Source: an uncultured Anaerolineaceae bacterium | Lineage (GTDB): Bacteria > Chloroflexota > Limnocylindria > Limnocylindrales > CSP1-4 | NCBI GenBank assembly: GCA_964451745.1 | Contig: CAYVJP010000002.1 | Span: forward strand, 1 to 37,533 | Direction: 5' to 3' | DNA length: 37,533 bases | Shown here: positions 1 through 8,229 of the stretch, piece by piece | Position numbering within the stretch: the stretch's first letter is position 1 | Layout of the letters: every line of letters starts with the position of its first letter | Translations under genes and position numbers: made by a program | Notes under the pieces: generated by a model | Seen by the model: only the letters and a program-made list of their open reading frames with translations | Told to the model about the DNA's origin: nothing | Databases searched by the model: none

Positions 1-85
1 CGCCGGCGGTGAAGAGGAGTCGTTCGGTGAGGGTGGTCTTACCGGCGTCGACGTGGGCGAGGATGCCGAGGTTGAGCGTGCGCAT
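1..85 (-). CDS. N-terminal 28 codons of a translational GTPase (EF-G / TetM-type ribosomal-protection-like); gene continues past the window start
   Basis: Reverse complement reads ATG CGC ACG CTC AAC CTC GGC ATC CTC GCC CAC GTC GAC GCC GGT AAG ACC ACC... = [28 protein letters not shown]. This contains the AHVDxGKT P-loop typical of trGTPases. Start codon complement lies at 83-85. Absent from the ORF track because it is truncated. Confidence 0.55.
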   Translation of the reverse strand, partial: MRTLNLGILAHVDAGKTTLTERLLFTAG

Positions 86-275
86 GGGGCCTCATGTCGT
101 GCAAGGAGGTACGGACCTTCCGGCTGGACATGGGTGCTCCCATCTCGCTCCTTTCTCGGGTATGCCGCTGGACGATGCGACTACGGTCGCATGGCCGTCA
201 AGGGGCGTACGTTGGACCCCCGGCCTACCTCACGATGGGCCGGGGGTCATCGGTCGTGCGGACTGGCCTGGGTGG

Positions 276-1598
276 TCAGTGCCTGCGTTCGAAGTAGTGG
301 TCGGCGACCCAGTCCGCGATCTTCTTGCCGAGCCAGGCGCCCTGGACGTCGGCGCGTCGGAAGTGGAGGCCGATGTAGACGCGACCGTCGATCGCGTCGT
401 TGATCACGGCGCTGAACCGCGTGTAGTGGCGGGTGACCGGGGCAGCCCCGACGCTCGTCAGCGAGAACTCCATCCTGTTGGTGCCGAAGTACTCACGAGC
501 GGCGGCCATGCTCCCGGCCGTGAAGCAGTTGTACCCCGATGGCGGGTCCGGGTAGCCCGGAGTCGCGACGAGCGACTCCCAGGTGGGATCCGGCACGGTG
601 GCATCGTTCCCGTCGGAGCCGGCCAGCTGGATCGCCGTCTGCGGGCGCCAGAACAGCCAGTGGTCCTTGTTCTCCCAGCACGAGATGAGCGAGTCAGCCG
701 ATGAGAAGCTCGTCATCGCGAAGAGCCGTGCCTGCTCGCTCGTCGAGAGGCGGCGCTTGATCGCGATGTCGCGCAGTCCGCGATTGATCATCGGGACCGG
801 GTTGACCGAGACGAAGCTGGCGATCTCGGCCTGCTCGGGCGTCCGGATCGAGGTCTTCCCACCGAGCGACTTGCCCTCGTTGAACTCCTTGGCGTACCGG
901 GCGCTGTGGAGCGGGAACGGCGGCCCGATGCGGTACTGGTCCGGACTCCGCAGCGTGAATGGCTTGACCACGCTCACCCAGTGGAACGAATTGGCGTTGA
1001 GCGGCGGCACGAGGCGCCACTCGCCAGGCTCGGTGCCGCTGGCGTCAAAGGTGGTGGTGCCGAACCGGCCGTCACCGACGCGATCGGCAAGCATCGCGGC
1101 CGCTGCGGCCGCCCCGACCTTGATCCCACGCTCCTTGGCCTTGCCGTCTCGGATCTTCGCGAGTGAGGCGGTGTACATCGCGAGCACGCTGGCCTTCACC
1201 GGCGCCATCTCCGGCGTCGTGGGAACGAGGCCGTCGAGGACCCCGTAGCCTGCCGCGGCCACGGCAGCGGCCTGGGAGGCGGACCTACGGGCGTGGAGAC
1301 CGTGAAGGTACGGCTCATGGGTGCGGACGATCGCCATCACCGCGTCGTAGATCGCGCCATGGACCATCGCGATGTGGATCGGCGACAGCGGCGGCGGCTG
1401 GCCCAGACCCGGTGGGGTCCCGGTCAACGGATTGGAAATGGTGCTGACGGCGTTGATGTTCCACTCCAGGACCATGTCCTTGGGTTCGTGACCGGCCATC
1501 GACGAGGCCGGGATCAGCATCGATACGACGATCAACGCGATCGCCATCGGCAAGGACGACCAGCGCCTGGTCGTCGAACGCTGCCGGAACGGGTTCAT
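276..1598 (-). CDS. Secreted PAP2-superfamily phosphoesterase / vanadium-haloperoxidase-like protein
   Basis: ORF 276..1598, ATG preceded by GAGGAG. Hydrophobic signal/anchor LPMAIALIVVSMLIPASSMA. PAP2 signature pieces near the C-terminus: KDHWLFWRP (Kx6RP), PPSGY (PSGH-like), GRVYIGLHFRRAD (SRx5H-like). Confidence 0.75.
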   Translation of the reverse strand: MNPFRQRSTTRRWSSLPMAIALIVVSMLIPASSMAGHEPKDMVLEWNINAVSTISNPLTGTPPGLGQPPPLSPIHIAMVHGAIYDAVMAIVRTHEPYLHGLHARRSASQAAAVAAAGYGVLDGLVPTTPEMAPVKASVLAMYTASLAKIRDGKAKERGIKVGAAAAAAMLADRVGDGRFGTTTFDASGTEPGEWRLVPPLNANSFHWVSVVKPFTLRSPDQYRIGPPFPLHSARYAKEFNEGKSLGGKTSIRTPEQAEIASFVSVNPVPMINRGLRDIAIKRRLSTSEQARLFAMTSFSSADSLISCWENKDHWLFWRPQTAIQLAGSDGNDATVPDPTWESLVATPGYPDPPSGYNCFTAGSMAAAREYFGTNRMEFSLTSVGAAPVTRHYTRFSAVINDAIDGRVYIGLHFRRADVQGAWLGKKIADWVADHYFERRH

Positions 1599-1903
1599 GA
1601 GGAGACTCCTCGTGTCGATCGATCACCGTCGGCGCAGAGCGCCGCGGACGCCGAGCAGGCGGGTCGGGGCCTCAGGCGCTGCCGGTGATCCGTCATCGCG
1701 TCCCTCCCTTCGGGTGCGGCCAACGGCGACCCGTTCTCCGTGGGTCGCTCTTCGCGTCGGCATCGATGTGCCGCGCGTTGGTCCCGAGGCGTGGTCCCCT
1801 AAGCAGTAAGGGGTCCGGCGCGACCGATTTGGTTCGATCTTTTCCGACGGTCAGGGCCACGGGAGCGTGGTCGGAGCGTCCGGCTCGCGGTACGCTCGGA
1901 CGC

Positions 1904-2686
1904 ATGGACGGACCTCGCACTCGATCGCTTGGTCGCTCGAGCCGCCTGCTGCTGGGCGCGGTCGGCCTCGTCGCAGTCGCGGTCGTCGGGGTCGTCGTGG
2001 CCACGAACGTGACCCGGTCCACCCAGATTCTGAGCGGCGATCCGCCCATCCTGGCGGGACGGCAACTCTGGGGATCCTGCGCCGGGGGGTTCTATGCGCG
2101 ACGCGGGGCCACGATCGTCCTCACCTCGTCCGCCCACTGCGCCGGCGAGGGCACCACGGCCTACGACCCGGATGGGCGCGGGGTTCGGGGCGTCTTCGGC
2201 CCAGGCGCCGTGCTCGACCCGTGTCCGCACGACGGCCACACATGCCGCCCATCGGACATGAACTACCTGGTCGTGGCCGCCGATCGCATCCCGTGGGGGC
2301 GCCTCAACATCGTCGACATGGGCGAGGGCGGGCTGCGCGTCATCGAGCCAGGTACCGCACCCCTCGCCTGTGCGGACATCGGCATCGGTGATGCCGTCGA
2401 GATCAACGGGCGCGATACGTTCCGCGAGGGACACGTGGCGGAGACCGGCGAGTACCTGCACGAGCCTGCGGCCGATGGCGACTACTTCCCCTGCATGGCC
2501 GTGGCCGCGGACGTCTCCGTGGGCGTCGGTGATTCGGGAGGGGCCGTGCTCGTGCGCGGCGTGCCGGGCGGGGTCACCAGCCGAAGCTTCGGTGGCAGCC
2601 TCGGGTTCACACCACTCGCCGAGGGCCTCGCGGCCTTGGGTCTCGAGCTGTGCACCACCCCGGACTGCGGGATGGTCGCGCCCTGA
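1904..2686 (+). CDS. Membrane-anchored trypsin-like (S1, chymotrypsin fold) serine protease
   Basis: In-frame ATG at 1904 within ORF 1685..2686 (MDGPRTRS...). TM segment LLLGAVGLVAVAVVGVVVA. Catalytic His motif TSSAHCAG and Ser motif GDSGGAV. The upstream part of the long ORF is Arg/Pro-rich and not protein-like. Confidence 0.75.
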   Translation: MDGPRTRSLGRSSRLLLGAVGLVAVAVVGVVVATNVTRSTQILSGDPPILAGRQLWGSCAGGFYARRGATIVLTSSAHCAGEGTTAYDPDGRGVRGVFGPGAVLDPCPHDGHTCRPSDMNYLVVAADRIPWGRLNIVDMGEGGLRVIEPGTAPLACADIGIGDAVEINGRDTFREGHVAETGEYLHEPAADGDYFPCMAVAADVSVGVGDSGGAVLVRGVPGGVTSRSFGGSLGFTPLAEGLAALGLELCTTPDCGMVAP

Positions 2687-2689
2687 CCC
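2659..2689. repeat. Copy 1 of a 31-nt imperfect direct repeat (covers the last codons and stop of the protease gene)
   Basis: cccggactgcgggatggtcgcgccctgaccc; 29/31 identical to 2961-2991. Encodes PDCGMVAP-stop. Confidence 0.85.
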
Positions 2690-2900
2690 GTCATGGGCGC
2701 GACCCGGTCCGTATGCGCGCGGGCCGGACGCGCGGCGCACGGACCTCGCCGACCGGCGCGACACCGGTACTGTCGCGAGGCGGACGAGTGTGCGGCGGTC
2801 ACCTCACGGATCGCCCATCTTCGACAGCAACGCGGTGCGCTCGTCCGGTTCGCGACACCAGTAGTTGCGAGGGCACCAGGGCCGCACGGGGGTCGGAAAC

Positions 2901-2958
2901 GCGGGCCGGGCGCAGCGGCCGTGCACGCGGGCCGGGCGCAGCGGCCGTACGCGCGGGC
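2901..2958. repeat. 26-nt tandem repeat, about 2.2 copies
   Basis: gcgggccgggcgcagcggccgtgcac / gcgggccgggcgcagcggccgtacgc / gcgggc. A related stretch (cgtatgcgcgcgggcc) lies at about 2709-2727. Confidence 0.85.
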
Positions 2959-2960
2959 AA

Positions 2961-2991
2961 CCCGGACTGCGAGCTGGTCGCGCCCTGACCC
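2961..2991. repeat. Copy 2 of the 31-nt imperfect direct repeat (orphan duplicate of the protease 3' end)
   Basis: cccggactgcgagctggtcgcgccctgaccc. Would read PDCELVAP-stop; lies 302 nt downstream of copy 1. Confidence 0.85.
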
Positions 2992-2995
2992 CCGC

Positions 2996-3031
2996 TTGAC
3001 AGGTCTGTCATACAACCGTATGGTTGTATCA
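2996..3031 (+). promoter_or_regulatory. Candidate sigma-70-type promoter plus palindromic operator directly abutting the ArsR start (possible leaderless mRNA)
   Basis: TTGACA at 2996-3001, 17-nt spacer, TATGGT at 3019-3024, ATG at 3032. Inverted repeat ATACAACC-GTAT-GGTTGTAT at 3010-3029 overlaps the spacer and -10. No Shine-Dalgarno sequence. Confidence 0.4.
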
Positions 3032-3367
3032 ATGCAGCCCACGTACGACGTCGATCATGTCTTCGCCGCCCTCGCCGATGCGACGCGGCGGGACATCGTC
3101 CTACGCGCCCTGGACGGTCGCGAAGGCGTCGCCGAGCTGGCCGCGCACTACCCGATGAGCTTCGCAGCCGTGCAGAAGCACGTCGCGGTGCTCGAGCGGG
3201 CCGGCCTGGTGACGAAGCAGCGGATCGGTCGACGCAAGGTCGTGCGCACGAACATGGAGGCGTTGCGCCATGCCCGGGGGCTGCTCGACCAGTACGAGGC
3301 GCTGTGGCGCGGTCGCATCGATCGCATGACAGACCTCATCAGCCGCACGAAGGAGCCGCGCACATGA
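3032..3367 (+). CDS. ArsR/SmtB-family winged-helix transcriptional regulator
   Basis: In-frame ATG at 3032 of ORF 2693..3367. FAALADATRRDIVLRAL...VAELAAHYPMSFAAVQKHVAVLERAGLV is the ArsR HTH signature. Confidence 0.85.
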   Translation: MQPTYDVDHVFAALADATRRDIVLRALDGREGVAELAAHYPMSFAAVQKHVAVLERAGLVTKQRIGRRKVVRTNMEALRHARGLLDQYEALWRGRIDRMTDLISRTKEPRT

Positions 3368-3864
3368 CCGTGACCGCCGTCCACAAGGACCCCGAGACGC
3401 TGACCATGACCTTGACCGCGGAGTTCGACGCCACGCCCGAGCGCGTCTGGCAGCTGTGGGCCGATCCACGCCAGCTCGAGCGCTGGTGGGGTCCGCCCAC
3501 CTACCCCGCCACGTTCACCAAGCACGACCTGGCGGTGGGCAGCCACATCGAGTACCACATGACCGGTCCCACCGGCGACCAGCCCCACGGGTTCTGGGAC
3601 ATCGTCGAGGTCGATCCCCCTCGCAGGCTCGTGTTCGTCGACGGCTTCGCCCACGCGGACGGGACGCCGAACGACGACTTCCCACGCGCCGAGGGCCGGG
3701 TCACGATCGAGCCGATCAGCGCCGGCCGGACCCGGATGTCCATCGAAAGCCAGTTCCCGAGTACGGAGGCCATGGAGCAGGTCCTGGCCATGGGCATGGA
3801 GGAAGGCCTCACCGAGGCCGTGGGCCAGATCGACGCGATCCTGGCGGAAGGAGTCCCGGCATGA
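3364..3864 (+). CDS. SRPBCC / Aha1-like (START-fold) domain protein
   Basis: ATG at 3364 overlaps the ArsR stop (ATGA). PERVWQLWADPRQLERWWGP... is typical of the AHSA1/SRPBCC proteins that are commonly paired with ArsR regulators. Confidence 0.85.
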   Translation: MTVTAVHKDPETLTMTLTAEFDATPERVWQLWADPRQLERWWGPPTYPATFTKHDLAVGSHIEYHMTGPTGDQPHGFWDIVEVDPPRRLVFVDGFAHADGTPNDDFPRAEGRVTIEPISAGRTRMSIESQFPSTEAMEQVLAMGMEEGLTEAVGQIDAILAEGVPA

Positions 3865-4745
3865 CCACGCTGACCGAGCCGACCACCCGAACGCTCGAGG
3901 CACCCGGCGCCACCCTGACCTACGACGTCCGACCGGCCGAGCCCGGTGCCGCCCCGGCCCCGGTGCTGCTGCTCATCGGCTCCCCGATGGGCGCGGGCGG
4001 GTTCGGAACGCTCGCATCCCACTTCCCCGATCGCACGGTCGTGACCTACGACCCGCGCGGCGTCGAGCGCAGCGTGAAGGTAGATCCGGCGACCGAATCG
4101 ACACCGGAGCAGCACGCGGACGATGTGCATCGGATCATCACGGAGCTCGGGGTCGGTCCGGTCGACCTGTTCGCGAGCAGCGGCGGCGCCGTGAACGCGC
4201 TCGCGCTCGTAGCGGCCCACCCCGGCGATGTCCGGACGCTGGTGGCGCACGAACCGCCGCTCGCGTCGATCCTTCCCGACCGCGAGCACGCGCTGGCCGT
4301 GTGCCGCGCGATCGGCGAGACCTACCAGCGCAGCGGTTTCGGCGCCGGGATGGCCCACTTCATCGCTGTCGTGAGTCATCAAGGCCCAGTGACCGCGGAC
4401 TTCGCCGCGCAGCCGGGTCCCGATCCGGCCATGTTCGGGATGCCGGCCGACGACGACGGCACCCGGACGGACCCGCTGCTCTTCCAGAACATCATCACCT
4501 GCACGGGATACGAACCGGACTTCGCGGCCCTCACGTCCGCGTCCACCAGGATCGTCCCGGCGGTCGGCGTGGAATCCGGCGAGACCCTCGCAGCCCGCGG
4601 GGCGCTCACCGTTGCCCAGCGACTGGGGACGGACGCGGTCCGCTTCCCGAGCGACCACGGCGGGTTCATGGGCGGCGAATACGGCCAGGCCGGCGACCCC
4701 GACGGGTTCGCAGCGAAGCTGCGCGAGGTCCTCGCCGAGGCGTGA
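3861..4745 (+). CDS. Alpha/beta-fold hydrolase
   Basis: ATG at 3861 overlaps the preceding stop (ATGA). PVLLLIGSPMG oxyanion region, nucleophile elbow DLFASSGGA, C-terminal FPSDHGGF (His). Confidence 0.8.
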   Translation: MTTLTEPTTRTLEAPGATLTYDVRPAEPGAAPAPVLLLIGSPMGAGGFGTLASHFPDRTVVTYDPRGVERSVKVDPATESTPEQHADDVHRIITELGVGPVDLFASSGGAVNALALVAAHPGDVRTLVAHEPPLASILPDREHALAVCRAIGETYQRSGFGAGMAHFIAVVSHQGPVTADFAAQPGPDPAMFGMPADDDGTRTDPLLFQNIITCTGYEPDFAALTSASTRIVPAVGVESGETLAARGALTVAQRLGTDAVRFPSDHGGFMGGEYGQAGDPDGFAAKLREVLAEA

Positions 4746-4951
4746 GCGATCAGCCGGACACGAGCGAGTTCACCGCGCGCATCGGCAACGTCGCGCGTCG
4801 TGCGCTCGCTCTGCACGGCTACACCCGATACGAGCACCTGACCCGGGTCACGGCGAAGGAGCTGCTCGACATCCACGGCGTCGGTCGCAAGGCGATCCGG
4901 ATCCTTGGGGAGGAGCTGGCCGAGCGGGATCTCGCCTTCGCGATCGAGTAG
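4742..4951 (+). CDS. Small helix-hairpin-helix DNA-binding protein (RpoA-CTD-like)
   Basis: GTG at 4742 overlaps the hydrolase stop (GTGA). LTRVTAKELLDIHGVGRKAIRILGEEL is an HhH motif. The long upstream extension of ORF 4301..4951 is Arg-rich and out of context. Confidence 0.55.
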   Translation: MSDQPDTSEFTARIGNVARRALALHGYTRYEHLTRVTAKELLDIHGVGRKAIRILGEELAERDLAFAIE

Positions 4952-4994
4952 GAGTCGTGCCGCAGATCGCCGAGCATCGGCTAAGGTGTCGAGC

Positions 4995-6092
4995 ATGCAG
5001 TTCGGCATCTTCACCGTCGGCGACGTCACGCCAGACCCCACCACCGGCCGAGAGCCGTCCGACGAGGAGCGCCTCCGGAACCTGATCACCCTCGCCATCA
5101 AGGCCGAGGAGCTGGGTCTCGACGTGTTCGCCCAGGGCGAGCACCACAACCCGCCCTTCGTGGTCTCCTCCCCCACCACCACCCTCGGCTTCATCGCGGC
5201 GCGAACGTCGCGGATCATCCTGTCCACCGCGACGACGCTCATCACCACCAACGACCCGGTCAAGATCGCCGAGGACTACGCGACGCTGCAGCACGTGGCG
5301 GACGGCCGGGTGGACCTCATGCTGGGCCGCGGCAACACGGGCCCGGTCTACCCGTGGTTCGGCCAGGACATCCGCAACGGGATCCAGCTCGCGGTCGAGC
5401 ACTACGCATTGCTGCATCGCCTCTGGCGTGAGGATGTCGTGGACTGGCAGGGCCGTTTTCGCACGCCGCTGACGGGCTTCACGTCCACGCCGCGCCCGCT
5501 CGACGGGGTGCCGCCGTTCGTGTGGCACGGATCGATCCGCAGCCCGGAGATCGCGGAACAGGCCGCGTACTACGGCGACGGCTACTTCCACAACAACATC
5601 TTCTGGCCGATGGAGCACGTGGAACGCATGGTCGCGCTCTACCGTCGGCGCTTCGAGCACTATGGCCACGGCTCGGAGAAGGAGGCGATCGTCGGTCTCG
5701 GCGGACAGGTCTTCATGCGGCCGAACAGCCAGGACGCGATCCGCGAGTTCCGGCCGTACTTCGACCACGCCCCGGTCTATGGGGGCGGCCCGTCCCTCGA
5801 GGACTACATGGCCCAGACGCCGCTGACCGTCGGGAGCCCGCAACAGGTCATCGATCGGACCCTCGCCTTCCGCGACGCGGTCGGCGACTACCAGCGCCAG
5901 CTGTTCCTGATCGACCACGCCGGGCTGCCGTTCGACGTCGTCCTCGAACAACTCGAGATCCTGGCCGGCGAGGTCGTGCCGGTCCTGCGCCGGGAGTTCG
6001 CGGCGCGGCGCGAACCGGGCGTGCCCGATGCCCCGCTCCATCCACGGGTCCTGGCCGCGCGTGGCGTCGGTGCCGCGACCCCGGCGGCGTGA
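4995..6092 (+). CDS. Luciferase-like (LLM) FMN-dependent monooxygenase
   Basis: In-frame ATG at 4995 (MQFGIFTVGDV...). LLM hallmarks are GLDVFAQGEHH and DGRVDLMLGRG. Resembles the LLM subfamily that pairs with a dedicated FMN reductase; the next gene is one. Confidence 0.85.
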   Translation: MQFGIFTVGDVTPDPTTGREPSDEERLRNLITLAIKAEELGLDVFAQGEHHNPPFVVSSPTTTLGFIAARTSRIILSTATTLITTNDPVKIAEDYATLQHVADGRVDLMLGRGNTGPVYPWFGQDIRNGIQLAVEHYALLHRLWREDVVDWQGRFRTPLTGFTSTPRPLDGVPPFVWHGSIRSPEIAEQAAYYGDGYFHNNIFWPMEHVERMVALYRRRFEHYGHGSEKEAIVGLGGQVFMRPNSQDAIREFRPYFDHAPVYGGGPSLEDYMAQTPLTVGSPQQVIDRTLAFRDAVGDYQRQLFLIDHAGLPFDVVLEQLEILAGEVVPVLRREFAARREPGVPDAPLHPRVLAARGVGAATPAA

Positions 6093-6096
6093 CCCG

Positions 6097-6723
6097 ATGA
6101 CCACGCGCCGGATCGTTGCCGTCAGTGGCGGCCTCAGCCAGCCATCGGCGACGCGCCTGCTCACCGACCGCCTGGCGACGGCCACCGAGACCGCCCTGGT
6201 GGCAGCCGGCGTCGATGCCGATGTGGAGATCGTCGAACTGCGGGATCACGCCCAGGACCTCGTCAACCACCTGCTGAGCGGCTTCCCCAGCCCACGCCTC
6301 AAGGCGGTCATCGATGCCGTCCTCGCGGCGGACGGGCTCATCGCCGTCTCGCCCATCTTCAACGCCTCGTACTCGGGGCTATTCAAGATGTTCTTCGACG
6401 TCCTGGAACGCGACTCCCTCGCCGGTCGTCCCGTCCTGCCCGGTGCCACCGGGGGCACGGTCCGCCACTCCCTCGCGATCGACCACGCGCTGCGCCCGCT
6501 CTTCGCGTACCTCGGGGCCGCCGTCGTCCCGACCGCGGTCTTCGCCGCCGCCGAGGACTGGGGCGCGGGCGGCACGGGCGATGCGTTCGATGGCGCGCTC
6601 GCCGAGCGGATCGACCGCGCCGGGCGCGAGTTCGCCGCGGCGGTCGCCACCCACACCCCCACCCAGGCCACGGACCCCTTCGCAGACCCGACCCCGTTCA
6701 CCGAGTTGCTGCGCGGATCGTGA
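6097..6723 (+). CDS. NAD(P)H-dependent FMN reductase
   Basis: In-frame ATG at 6097 (MTTRRIVAVSGGLSQPSATR...). Flavodoxin-like fold with SPIFNASYSGLFKMFFD, typical of SsuE/MsuE-type reductases. Confidence 0.85.
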   Translation: MTTRRIVAVSGGLSQPSATRLLTDRLATATETALVAAGVDADVEIVELRDHAQDLVNHLLSGFPSPRLKAVIDAVLAADGLIAVSPIFNASYSGLFKMFFDVLERDSLAGRPVLPGATGGTVRHSLAIDHALRPLFAYLGAAVVPTAVFAAAEDWGAGGTGDAFDGALAERIDRAGREFAAAVATHTPTQATDPFADPTPFTELLRGS

Positions 6724-6756
6724 CCGCAGCGGCGCCATCCGGGGCATGATTCCCGC

Positions 6757-7722
6757 ATGACGACCACCCCCGGCTCCCGCCCCATCTGGTTTGGCCTGCA
6801 TCTTCCCAGCTACACCCACCCCGACGTCCCGCCGGAAGCCCTGTTCGACCGGGTCGTGGAACAGGCACGCGCGGCCGAGACCGCAGGTTTCGCGGTCGTC
6901 ACGGTCATGGACCACCTTTACCAGATCGGCGGCGTGGGACCCGTCACCGACCCGATGCTCGAGGGCTGGTCGGTCCTCGCCGCGCTCGCTCGGGAGACCA
7001 CGACCGTGCGCCTGGGGACGCTCGTCTCGGGCGTCACGTATCGGAACCCGGCCCTGTTGGCCAAGCAGGTCACGACCCTGGACGTCCTGTCCGGCGGGCG
7101 CGCCATCCTGGGCCTGGGGGCGGCGTGGAACGAGGAGGAGCACGATGGGTACGGGTTCGAGTTCCCACCCCTGCGGGAGCGGATGGACCGCCTCGACGAG
7201 GCGCTGACCATCATCCGCTCGATGCTGACCCAGGAGCGACCCTCGTTCGCCGGGACCCACTACCGGATCAAGGACGTCCTCAACGTGCCGCGCCCGATCC
7301 AACCCGGTGGACCACCCATCCTCGTGGGTGGTGGCGGTGAGCAGCGAACGCTGCGGATCGCGGCGCGCCACGCCGACATGACCCACTGGTTCCCGCTTGG
7401 CCTCGAAGCGCTCCAGCGCAAGAACGAGCTCATCGCCCGGTACTGCGAGGAGATCGACCGCGATCCCGCCACCATCGAGCGCACGATGGCCACCCCGGTC
7501 ATCGTCGCGGCGACCGAGGCGGCCGCCGCCGCGGCAATGGAGCGTGTCCCGCCCGAACGGCGGCCGCACGTGGTCGCGGGCACGGCCGAACAGGTCGCCG
7601 ACGCGCTCGGGGCCTACATCGACGCCGGGTTCACGGGTTTCACCTTCAACAACACCATCTATCGCACCCCCGACGACATCGCCGGGGTCGGCGAGCTCCT
7701 GCGACTCGTGCAGGATCGGTAG
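6757..7722 (+). CDS. LLM-class F420-dependent oxidoreductase
   Basis: ORF 6757..7722. FAVVTVMDHLYQ, GTLVSGVTYRNPALLAKQVTTLDVLSGGRAILGLGAAW and EEH...GFEF are characteristic of the actinobacterial F420-dependent LLM group. Confidence 0.85.
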   Translation: MTTTPGSRPIWFGLHLPSYTHPDVPPEALFDRVVEQARAAETAGFAVVTVMDHLYQIGGVGPVTDPMLEGWSVLAALARETTTVRLGTLVSGVTYRNPALLAKQVTTLDVLSGGRAILGLGAAWNEEEHDGYGFEFPPLRERMDRLDEALTIIRSMLTQERPSFAGTHYRIKDVLNVPRPIQPGGPPILVGGGGEQRTLRIAARHADMTHWFPLGLEALQRKNELIARYCEEIDRDPATIERTMATPVIVAATEAAAAAAMERVPPERRPHVVAGTAEQVADALGAYIDAGFTGFTFNNTIYRTPDDIAGVGELLRLVQDR

Positions 7723-7730
7723 GCGGCGTC

Positions 7731-8222
7731 ATGGTCGATTGGTCGGTCTTCGCCGCCGAAGCGCCGCACATCGCCGAGATCTTCGCGCGCCGACACGCGG
7801 CGACCGGGAACCTGTGTCTGCTGGGCACGCTTCGCTCCGACGGCTTTCCGCGCATCAGCCCGCTCGAGCCGCGGATCTTCGAGGATCACCTGGTCCTCGT
7901 GGGCATGCCCGGGACGTACAAGTTCCAGGATCTTGCCCGCGATCCTCGATTCACCCTGCACACCGCCACGGTGGACACGCAGGTGGGCGACGGTGACGCA
8001 AAGGTGTGGGGCTTCGCCCGCAACCTGCAGGATCCCGCGCTCCACGCACGATTCGCGAGCGATCTCTATGACGAGTCTGGGTTCGATCTCCGGGGCCAGG
8101 CGTTCGATCCGTTCTTCGTCGCCGACCTGACCGGCGCGTCCTCCCTGGAACTCGTGGGCGACCGCTTGCGGATCACCATCTGGAAGCCCGGCGAGGGCGA
8201 ACGGATCGTCGAGAAGACGTGA
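7731..8222 (+). CDS. Pyridoxamine 5'-phosphate oxidase (PPOX)-family, split-barrel flavin/deazaflavin-binding protein
   Basis: ORF 7731..8222. LCLLGTLRSDGFPRISPLE...LVLVGMPGTYKFQDLARDPRFTLH fits the PPOX-like split beta-barrel pattern. Confidence 0.7.
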   Translation: MVDWSVFAAEAPHIAEIFARRHAATGNLCLLGTLRSDGFPRISPLEPRIFEDHLVLVGMPGTYKFQDLARDPRFTLHTATVDTQVGDGDAKVWGFARNLQDPALHARFASDLYDESGFDLRGQAFDPFFVADLTGASSLELVGDRLRITIWKPGEGERIVEKT

Positions 8223-8229
8223 CCGTCGC

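Noticed and set aside
2804-2887. Small minus-strand ORF in the repeat-bracketed spacer: VRPWCPRNYWCREPDERTALLSKMGDP (CxxxxxC), divergent from arsR
   Set aside because: No SD, start codon uncertain (the frame stays open further upstream through the tandem repeat), no family recognised. High GC3 alone is weak evidence in this genome. It could be a gene relic.
2901-2958. The 26-nt tandem repeats considered as a mini CRISPR array
   Set aside because: The copies are directly adjacent with no spacers, there are only about 2.2 units, and no cas genes are present. This is a simple tandem duplication.
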